From a virus: a DNA stretch of 24,380 nucleotides. Each line of letters starts with the position of its first letter. Positions within the stretch are counted from its first letter, which is position 1. Positions 17,450-24,380 of this stretch are shown here, in pieces. Below the pieces are notes generated by a model. It was given only the letters and a program-made list of their open reading frames with translations, was not told the origin of the DNA and did no database searches. Both the position numbers and the translations under genes were made by a program. Location: UHGV virus genome UHGV-0046270; one strand, written 5' to 3'.

Positions 17450-17615
17450 TATGCAATTGTTTACTAAAAGTTATTAAAAATGGGGCGTGGAAACGCCCCC
17501 AAAATAAAGGGTAATATATAACAGAAGGTTTATATAGTCAGAAGCAAGATAGTGCTTCTAAGGAAAGTGGCTTGAGGGGGCCACTTATATGTTGGGGGGG
17601 GGAAAACCCCCCCCA

Positions 17616-17625
17616 NNNNNNNNNN
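17616..17625. other. Assembly gap (10 N) flanked by a degraded duplicate of the downstream ~95 bp
   Basis: N run read directly; 17505-17615 is near-identical to 17626-17722 with homopolymer-like differences. Confidence 0.9.
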
Positions 17626-17709
17626 TAAAGGGTAATATATAACAGAAGGTTTATATAGTAAGAAGCAAGGTAGTGCTTCTAAAGGAAGTGGCTTGAGGGC
17701 TCCACTTAT

Positions 17710-17748
17710 ATGTTGCGGAGGCAAAGCCTCCCGCAACATATCTTTTTC
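17710..17748 (+). terminator. tR'-like intrinsic terminator downstream of Q
   Basis: Perfect 13/14-bp stem atgttgcggaggc-aaa-gcctcccgcaacat followed by tcttttt. Confidence 0.6.
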
Positions 17749-17758
17749 GTAAGTCAGA

Positions 17759-18841
17759 TTAGAACTGATAAACCAGACCTACAGCGACGATGTCGTCGGT
17801 ATCAATACCAGCTGTTTTGGTAAACTTACTATCGTCAATTAAGTTGATTTTGTAATCAACAAAAGTGGACATGTTTTTATTAAAGTAGTAAGTAGCACCG
17901 ACATCGACATACTTGACTAAGTCTCGGTCACCATGAACACCAAGGTCTTTACCTTTTGACTGAAGGTAAGCAACAGATGGACGCAGACCGAAGTCAAACT
18001 GATATTGTGCTACTGCTTCAAAGTTTTGTGCTTTGTTTGCAATATGGTTATTACCAAAAACGGTCATATTCTGAGTTTCAGAATATGTGGTAGCCAGATA
18101 GATATTGTTCGCATCATATTTCAGGCCTGCAGCCCATACTTCCGCATTTTTGCCGGAGGCATTGAATTTGCTCTTACCATAGGCGACCTGACCGTCAGTG
18201 CGATCTGATTTAGCATAGGTTGCACCCACGCCGAATCCTTCATACTCATAAGTAGTGGAGAAACCGAAACCATCACCGTTAGCTTCAGTTACGTCAGTGC
18301 GGTCATTTTTACCCTGATACTGAGCAGCAAAGTTCAGGCCATCGACCAGACCAAAGAAGTCGTTGTTACGATAAGTTGCAACACCAGTAGTGCGACCAGT
18401 CATGAACACATCTGTTTGGGTCCAGGTATCACCACCGAATTCTGGCAGAACGTCAGTCCACGCACCGATGTCGTATGCTACACCGTAGTTACGGCCGTAA
18501 TCGATTGAGCCGTAATCACCAAATTTCAGGCCTGCAAATGCAAGACGGGTTTTGTCTTTGGAAGAACCTTGAGATTCAGCACGGTTGCCTTTGAATTCAT
18601 ATTCCCACTGACCGAAACCAGTCAGTTGATCGTTGATTTGGGTTTCACCTTTGAAGCCAAGACGGGCATAAGTAGTATCACCATCATCTGCATCATTAGA
18701 GGAGAAGTAGTGCTTGGCATTAACTTTCCCGTATAGATCCAGCTTGTTACTGTCTTTATTATAAATTTCAGCTGCCTGAGCAGACATCGCCATCAGTACT
18801 GATGCAGCTACAGCAGAAATTGCCACTGTTAATTTTTTCAT
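17759..18841 (-). CDS. nmpC: OmpC/OmpF-family outer-membrane porin (prophage NmpC/Lc-type)
   Basis: Signal peptide [30 protein letters not shown] mature N-terminus, C-terminal ...VGLVYQF; AAGGG SD before ATG 18841; location between Q and the lysis genes as in DLP12. Confidence 0.85.
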   Translation of the reverse strand: MKKLTVAISAVAASVLMAMSAQAAEIYNKDSNKLDLYGKVNAKHYFSSNDADDGDTTYARLGFKGETQINDQLTGFGQWEYEFKGNRAESQGSSKDKTRLAFAGLKFGDYGSIDYGRNYGVAYDIGAWTDVLPEFGGDTWTQTDVFMTGRTTGVATYRNNDFFGLVDGLNFAAQYQGKNDRTDVTEANGDGFGFSTTYEYEGFGVGATYAKSDRTDGQVAYGKSKFNASGKNAEVWAAGLKYDANNIYLATTYSETQNMTVFGNNHIANKAQNFEAVAQYQFDFGLRPSVAYLQSKGKDLGVHGDRDLVKYVDVGATYYFNKNMSTFVDYKINLIDDSKFTKTAGIDTDDIVAVGLVYQF

Positions 18842-19267
18842 TGTACGCCCTTTTTTTGAACTTTTATTAAAAAATGATGTCACTGCGCGATAAATATTCA
18901 TCTAATCAATGTGATTATTTCAAGATGTAAGTTTTAGTTTCTCATTTAATTTGTGAAGTAGATCTCTATTTTTATCTGAACCTTTTCTATCTAATCCTAT
19001 TCATGGCTCTTGTCTGAACAAAAATAAATCTATTAGCTAATTTATATTAATGGCACTTATTTATAAGTGCTCTATAATTCTTTAGCTTAATTTAAACAAA
19101 CTAAAAATAACATCGGAAATTATTAACTGGTTATTTGTTGAAGTTTTCTTATGCATTTGTGGTGGTGTTTTGAACACTCGGTGGCATTCTCACAAATATC
19201 ATTTAGTAGTTTACGTACGTAAAAAATTGGTTATGCTGTTAAGAGTGGTTACTTCGTCACACAGCTT

Positions 19268-19291
19268 AAACCCGCCGTCGAGCGGGTTTTT
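19268..19291 (+). terminator. Intrinsic terminator upstream of the lysis cassette
   Basis: cccgc-cgtcga-gcggg hairpin followed by ttttt. Confidence 0.5.
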
Positions 19292-19429
19292 CCATTTTTT
19301 GAGTCTCGATATTAGCTGATAACCCAATACCTGAGTTATTCACTGACTCCGAATCTGTTACGTTTCTGCCTTTATTGCGATACGTAGTATCCCCTTAATT
19401 TACACCCGCTTTGTCTGCGAGGTGGGGTT

Positions 19430-19645
19430 ATGAAATCCATGGATAAGTTAACAACGGGTGTCGCCTATGGTACCTCAGCAGGTAGTGCCGGGTACTGGTT
19501 TTTACAGTTGCTCGATAAAGTCACGCCCTCACAGTGGGCGGCAATAGGTGTGCTGGGTAGCCTGGTATTTGGCCTGCTGACGTACCTGACAAACCTTTAT
19601 TTCAAGATTAAAGAAGATAAGCGCAAGGCTGCGAGAGGTGAATAA
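19430..19645 (+). CDS. S: Class II holin/antiholin (phage 21 S-type pinholin), dual-start MKSM
   Basis: 71 aa [71 protein letters not shown]; closely resembles S21. Confidence 0.9.
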
Positions 19646-20142
19646 TGCCTCCATCATTACGAAAAGCCGTTGCTGCTGCTATTGGTGGCGGAGCAATTGC
19701 TATAGCATCAGTGTTAATCACTGGCCCAAGTGGTAACGATGGTCTGGAAGGTGTCAGCTACATACCATACAAAGATATTGTTGGTGTATGGACTGTATGT
19801 CACGGGCATACAGGAAAAGACATCATGCTCGGTAAAACGTATACCAAAGCAGAATGCAAAGCCCTCCTGAATAAAGACCTTGCCACGGTCGCCAGACAAA
19901 TTAACCCGTACATCAAAGTCGATATACCGGAAACAATGCGCGGCGCTCTTTACTCATTCGTTTACAACGTGGGTGCTGGCAATTTCAGAACATCGACGCT
20001 TCTTCGCAAAATAAACCAGGGCGATATCAAAGGCGCATGTGATCAGCTACGTCGCTGGACATATGCTGGCGGTAAGCAATGGAAAGGTCTCATGACTCGT
20101 CGTGAGATTGAGCGTGAAATCTGTTTGTGGGGTCAGCAATGA
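19645..20142 (+). CDS. R: SAR endolysin (phage 21 R-type lysozyme)
   Basis: 165 aa with N-terminal Gly/Ala-rich signal-anchor-release segment ([18 protein letters not shown]) and lysozyme core; start overlaps the holin stop. Confidence 0.9.
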   Translation: MPPSLRKAVAAAIGGGAIAIASVLITGPSGNDGLEGVSYIPYKDIVGVWTVCHGHTGKDIMLGKTYTKAECKALLNKDLATVARQINPYIKVDIPETMRGALYSFVYNVGAGNFRTSTLLRKINQGDIKGACDQLRRWTYAGGKQWKGLMTRREIEREICLWGQQ

Positions 20143-20600
20143 ACAGAGTAACCGCGATTATCTCCGCTCTGGTTATCTGCATCATCGTCTGCCTGTCATG
20201 GGCTGTTAATCATTACCGCGATAACGCCATTACCTACAAAGCCCAGCGCGACAAAAATGTCAGAGAACTGAAGCTGGCGAACGCGGCAATTACTGACATG
20301 CAGATGCGTCAGCGTGATGTTGCTGCGCTCGATGCAAAATACACGAAGGAGTTAGCTGATGCGAAAGCTGAAAATGATGCTCTGCGTGATGATGTTGCCG
20401 CTGGTCGTCGTCGGTTGCACATCAAAGCAGTCTGTCAGTCAGTGCGTGAAGCCACCACCGCCTCCGGCGTGGATAATGCAGCCTCCCCCCGACTGGCAGA
20501 CACCGCTGAACGGGATTATTTCACCCTCAGAGAGAGGCTGATCACTATGCAAAAACAACTGGAAGGAACCCAGAAGTATATTAATGAGCAGTGCAGATAG
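20139..20600 (+). CDS. Rz: Rz i-spanin
   Basis: 153 aa from ATG overlapping the R stop; N-terminal TM then coiled-coil. Confidence 0.8.
   Translation: MNRVTAIISALVICIIVCLSWAVNHYRDNAITYKAQRDKNVRELKLANAAITDMQMRQRDVAALDAKYTKELADAKAENDALRDDVAAGRRRLHIKAVCQSVREATTASGVDNAASPRLADTAERDYFTLRERLITMQKQLEGTQKYINEQCR
20359..20541 (+). CDS. Rz1: Rz1 o-spanin lipoprotein embedded in Rz (+1 frame)
   Basis: 60 aa with lipobox LVVVGC and Pro-rich body ([16 protein letters not shown]), wholly inside Rz. Confidence 0.75.
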   Translation: MRKLKMMLCVMMLPLVVVGCTSKQSVSQCVKPPPPPAWIMQPPPDWQTPLNGIISPSERG

Positions 20601-20631
20601 AGCTGCCCATATCGATGGGCAACTCATGCAA

Positions 20632-20925
20632 TTATTGTGAGCAATACACACGCGCTTCCAGCGGAGTATAAATGCCTAAAGTAATAAAACCGAGCAATCC
20701 ATTTACGAATGTTTGCTGGGTTTCTGTTTTAACAACATTTTCTGCACCACCACAAATTTTTGCTGCATCGACAGTTTTCTTCTGCCCAATTCCCGAAACG
20801 AAGAAATGATGGGTGATGGTTTCCTTTGGTGTTACTGCTGTAGGTTTGTTTCCAACAGTAAACGTCTGTTGAGCACATCCTGTAATAAGCATTGCCAGAG
20901 CGGCAGAAAACAACATTTTTTTCAT
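20632..20925 (-). CDS. bor: Bor lipoprotein (serum resistance)
   Basis: 97 aa from MKKMLFSAALAMLITGCAQQTFTV...; remainder matches remembered lambda Bor. Confidence 0.9.
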   Translation of the reverse strand: MKKMLFSAALAMLITGCAQQTFTVGNKPTAVTPKETITHHFFVSGIGQKKTVDAAKICGGAENVVKTETQQTFVNGLLGFITLGIYTPLEARVYCSQ

Positions 20926-21405
20926 CTTATTATCCTGCATTGTTAAAAACGGCAGAATCCTATGTGACAACAATTAAACGATAGTTAAATGGATTGATGA
21001 AAATTAAAACTACACAGGTGGGCTCAGACTATTGGAGGAAGTTGGGGACACTCAGAATCCTGTGGAATGAAATAAACCGGTCTATCCGTCCATTACCCTT
21101 TTAGCTGCGCTGTATCGTCGCCGTATTCCCGCATTAACCATGACCGTAGCCCGACGGGGAATTCCTTCTGCGTGAGTGTGCGGGAATAATTAAAAACGAT
21201 GCACACCGGGTTTTTACCGCGTTAATGATTCGCGGGTTTATCCCGGTGCGATGGTGGAAGAAACAGGAAGCTGTATTACAGAAAGTGCTACTACTGTATC
21301 CCGATGCGATGTATGTAATGTGAGTCAGATAATGGCACAGGATGTGGTGATGTGGCAGTCTGGAACACAGGATATATTGTCAGAATAAGACCCGTAGGAA
21401 TAAAA

Positions 21406-21732
21406 ATGAAAAGACGCCTTTTACTACTTTTTCTGTTATCTGTCCTGGCAGTGGGATGCTCGCAGCAAAAAGCTGATGAGCCCCGGCAATTAGTGACGGT
21501 GTATCCACGATATCCGGAATATGCTGCAGCAAATTATATCAAGGGGCTGGTTGAGGTTAAGTTCGATATTGGTGCTGATGGGACTGTGACACGGATCGTT
21601 TTTCTCCGCTCAGAGCCTCATAATTTGTTTCGTGATGAAGTGGTGAAGGCCATGGCGAAATGGCGATTTGAAAAGAATCGCCCCTGTCAGGGAGTGAAGA
21701 GACAATTTATCTTTACGCCGTCACGTCCTTGA
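21406..21732 (+). CDS. Lipoprotein with TonB C-terminal-like domain
   Basis: 108 aa; AGGAA SD; lipobox LAVGC; YPRYPEYAAANYIKGLVEVKFDIGADGTVTRIVFLRSEPHNLFRDEVVKAMAKWRF aligns with E. coli TonB C-domain (YPARAQALRIEGQVKVKFDVTPDGRV...FEREVKNAMRRWRY). Confidence 0.7.
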   Translation: MKRRLLLLFLLSVLAVGCSQQKADEPRQLVTVYPRYPEYAAANYIKGLVEVKFDIGADGTVTRIVFLRSEPHNLFRDEVVKAMAKWRFEKNRPCQGVKRQFIFTPSRP

Positions 21733-21854
21733 TGCTTCCAGGTAGAGAGGGGCTGGAAGCAGGAGAAAAATGAAAGAGCCAGCGGTTATATTTTTGTCAT
21801 GGCTGACGAGGAATGATGGAAGAAGGCGTTGTATGCCACACAACGCCTCACTGT

Positions 21855-22208
21855 TCATTTCTTCTTTTTCTCTGGTGGAACCCGATGAATAAGAGTTGCA
21901 CTGGTTTCCGATGAGATGGCGATATACTCGGGCAAAGTATGCTGGCAGTTTTCCAACTGGTCAAAAATACCTGCTCTCGTCTGTTGCAATGCCTGCAGCA
22001 TGCGGCGGCAATGCGCCTTGCTTTTACTAACCATCTTTCCTTCCTCTATCAGTCGCTGCGTGAACTCATCATGGAATACCAGGTAAATGCGGATGTTATC
22101 GGTTTTGGCTACGCAGCATAGTACAAAACGGACAGGTGCATCCCGGGACGGGGGAGGCGTCACATGTCCCTGTGATGGTTGTTCCGGGTAATGTACTGTG
22201 TGGGGCAT
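21855..22208 (-). CDS. Hypothetical ORF (start uncertain; may be shorter)
   Basis: ORF only; overlaps the neighbouring ORF by 113 nt, so an internal start such as Met at 22034 is likely if real. Confidence 0.25.
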   Translation of the reverse strand: MPHTVHYPEQPSQGHVTPPPSRDAPVRFVLCCVAKTDNIRIYLVFHDEFTQRLIEEGKMVSKSKAHCRRMLQALQQTRAGIFDQLENCQHTLPEYIAISSETSATLIHRVPPEKKKK

Positions 22209-22347
22209 AAAAATGTCCGATAATTTTACTTTCTACCGCAGTTAGTTGATTCGTTGGTCCTGGTAGCACATTGGGCGAGGATTTAAATGCCAGGCAACTG
22301 AAGGATGATGTCGCAAGGGAGATAGCGAGAATATTTCTGATTTTCAT
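22096..22347 (-). CDS. Hypothetical small secreted protein (83 aa from internal Met)
   Basis: MKIRNILAISLATSSFSCLAFK signal-peptide-like N-terminus; Cys-rich C-terminus. Confidence 0.35.
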   Translation of the reverse strand: MKIRNILAISLATSSFSCLAFKSSPNVLPGPTNQLTAVESKIIGHFYAPHSTLPGTTITGTCDASPVPGCTCPFCTMLRSQNR

Positions 22348-22495
22348 TTGATGATGCCTCTGTGTGAAATGACGGTAAACGACGCACTTGTGCCGGCACA
22401 TAATAGCAAGCACCATAATAGATCAGATTCGATTCTTGCTGTAAGTGATAATTATTCTCGTTTTCGGGTCCTTTCCGTCGATCCAACAGGTTACG

Positions 22496-22507
22496 GGGCG
22501 GCGACCT
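22496..22507. other. cos: cosN cohesive-end site (GGGCGGCGACCT); cosB region extends to nu1
   Basis: acGGGGCGGCGACCTCGCGGTTTTTCACTATTTATGAAAATTTTTCAGGG matches remembered lambda cos sequence. Confidence 0.75.
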
Positions 22508-22683
22508 CGCGGTTTTTCACTATTTATGAAAATTTTTCAGGGAAAATCGTGTCGGTACTTCTCGAATATAACTTTTTGTTTTTTTTAATATTGCATCCGT
22601 AAAGGTCCGACATGAAAGTGTCCGAAAATGCCTTTTTCTGGCGTTTTCATGTCGGGCCTTGTATTTGATAATGGGTTGTTTTC

Positions 22684-23232
22684 ATGAAGGTTAATAAAAA
22701 GAGGCTTGCCGAAATTTTCAACGTGGACCCGCGGACGATTGAACGCTGGCAGTCTCAGGGACTCCCTTGCGCCTCCAAAGGTAGTAAGGGCATTGAATCT
22801 GTATTTGATACTGCCATGGCAATTCAGTGGTATGCGCAGAGGGAAACTGATATCGAAAACGAAAAGCTCCGCAAAGAACTGGACGATTTGCGTGCGGCAG
22901 CGGAGTCAGATTTACAACCCGGCACCATTGACTATGAACGCTACCGGCTCACAAAAGCGCAGGCAGATGCGCAGGAACTGAAAAATGCCCGTGAAGACGG
23001 AGTAGTGCTGGAAACTGAACTGTTTACCTTCATTCTGCAACGTGTGGCACAGGAGATTTCGGGGATACTTGTGCGTGTGCCGTTGACATTACAGCGTAAA
23101 TATCCGGACATTTCACCATCACACCTTGATGTGGTGAAAACTGAAATCGCGAAAGCCTCCAATGTTGCAGCTAAGGCCGGTGAAAACGTGGGCGGGTGGA
23201 TCGATGATTTCAGACGCGCAGAAGGCAGCTAA
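22684..23232 (+). CDS. nu1: Terminase small subunit (Nu1)
   Basis: 182 aa [28 protein letters not shown]...[48 protein letters not shown] closely parallels lambda Nu1. Confidence 0.9.
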
Positions 23233-24380
23233 TGCAGCCGGTGCGATAGCTACAGGGCTTTTATCTCTCATTATTCCTGTTCCACTGACGACAGTTCAGT
23301 GGGCCAATAAACATTATTACCTTCCTAAAGAGTCGTCTTATACCCCGGGGCGATGGGAAACACTGCCGTTTCAGGTTGGCATCATGAACTGTATGGGCAA
23401 CGATCTGATTCGCACGGTTAACCTGATTAAATCTGCCCGTGTTGGTTATACAAAGATGTTGCTGGGAGTGGAGGCTTATTTTATTGAGCATAAATCACGC
23501 AACAGCCTTCTTTTTCAGCCCACGGACTCAGCTGCTGAAGATTTTATGAAATCTCATGTTGAGCCAACGATAAGGGATGTTCCTGCATTGCTGGAGCTGG
23601 CTCCATGGTTCGGAAGAAAACACCGCGATAATACGCTCACCCTGAAGCGTTTTTCCTCCGGTGTGGGGTTCTGGTGTCTGGGTGGTGCGGCAGCAAAAAA
23701 CTACCGTGAAAAATCCGTGGATGTGGTCTGTTATGACGAGCTTTCCTCGTTCGAACCGGATGTTGAAAAAGAGGGTTCGCCAACCCTGCTGGGGGATAAA
23801 CGTATTGAGGGCTCTGTATGGCCAAAATCCATTCGCGGCTCGACGCCTAAAATCAAAGGCTCCTGCCAGATCGAAAAAGCCGCTAACGAGTCGGCACACT
23901 TCATGCGTTTTTATGTGCCCTGTCCGCACTGTGGGGAGGAGCAGTATCTGAAATTTGGCGATGATGCCTCGCCTTTCGGTCTTAAGTGGGAGAAGAATAA
24001 GCCAGAAAGTGTTTTCTACCTTTGTGAGCATCATGGCTGTGTGATCCATCAGTCTGAGCTTGACCAGAGTAACGGGCGGTGGATCTGTGAAAACACGGGC
24101 ATGTGGACCCGTGACGGCCTGATGTTTTTCAGCGCCCGGGGTGATGAAATTCCGCCGCCGCGCTCCATCACTTTCCATATCTGGACGGCGTACAGTCCGT
24201 TCACCACCTGGGTACAGATTGTCTATGACTGGCTGGATGCACTGAAAGATCCCAACGGCCTGAAAACCTTTGTGAACACCACGCTGGGCGAGACCTGGGA
24301 AGAGGCTGTGGGCGAAAAACTCGATCACCAGGTGCTGATGGATAAGGTTGTGCGTTACACGGCGGCGGTGCCTGCCCGGG
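23204..24380 (+). CDS. A: Terminase large subunit (gpA), 5'-partial; runs off the window
   Basis: Manual translation from ATG 23204: [13 protein letters not shown]...[27 protein letters not shown]...; lambda-like 29-nt overlap with nu1; not in the ORF track because it has no stop in the window. Confidence 0.9.

Noticed and set aside
17482-17499. GGGGCG-TGGAAA-CGCCCC hairpin just after Q
   Set aside because: No adjacent U-run on the plus strand and only a weak one on the minus strand; may be part of the late promoter/qut region, but the neighbouring assembly artefact prevents a firm call.
17530-17739. 69-aa minus-strand ORF containing XXXX
   Set aside because: Spans the N gap and the duplicated artefact region; not a real gene.
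21939-22121. 60-aa plus-strand ORF
   Set aside because: No SD or recognisable features and overlaps minus-strand ORFs; cannot tell which strand is coding, so left uncalled.
23528-24328. 266-aa minus-strand ORF
   Set aside because: Lies antisense inside the terminase large-subunit gene, which matches lambda gpA on the plus strand; shadow ORF.

Overview
This window is about 24.4 kb of a mosaic lambdoid prophage (probably in an Enterobacterial/E. coli-type host), running from the attL-proximal integrase to the start of the terminase large subunit. All calls are from reading the sequence and ORF translations against remembered phage protein sequences; no searches were run. Order: int-xis (minus), a non-lambda accessory block of about eight leftward genes, then a lambda-type recombination/early-left block (orf63, orf60a, exo, bet, gam, kil, cIII, ea10, ral, sieB). 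Next comes an N antiterminator of the 933W/H-19B type with nutL and pL/OL, then a hybrid immunity region (cI with lambda's C-terminal domain but a different DNA-binding domain; XRE-type cro; chimeric cII). Replication and nin genes follow (O with ori iterons, P, ren, ninB, Dam methyltransferase, ninE, rusA, ylcG, Q), then a convergent OmpC-family porin, a phage-21-type lysis cassette, bor, a TonB C-terminal-domain lipoprotein, cos, nu1 and the 5' part of terminase A. The best candidate for an undescribed system is an AT-rich, translationally coupled two-gene cassette (185 aa + 250 aa, no recognisable domains) sitting directly downstream of cI and upstream of pL, the slot lambda uses for rexAB. 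Other points of note are the TonB-C lipoprotein, a frameshift that removes the long form of Gam, a ninF/ybcO-type remnant, and a likely assembly artefact flanking a 10-N gap.
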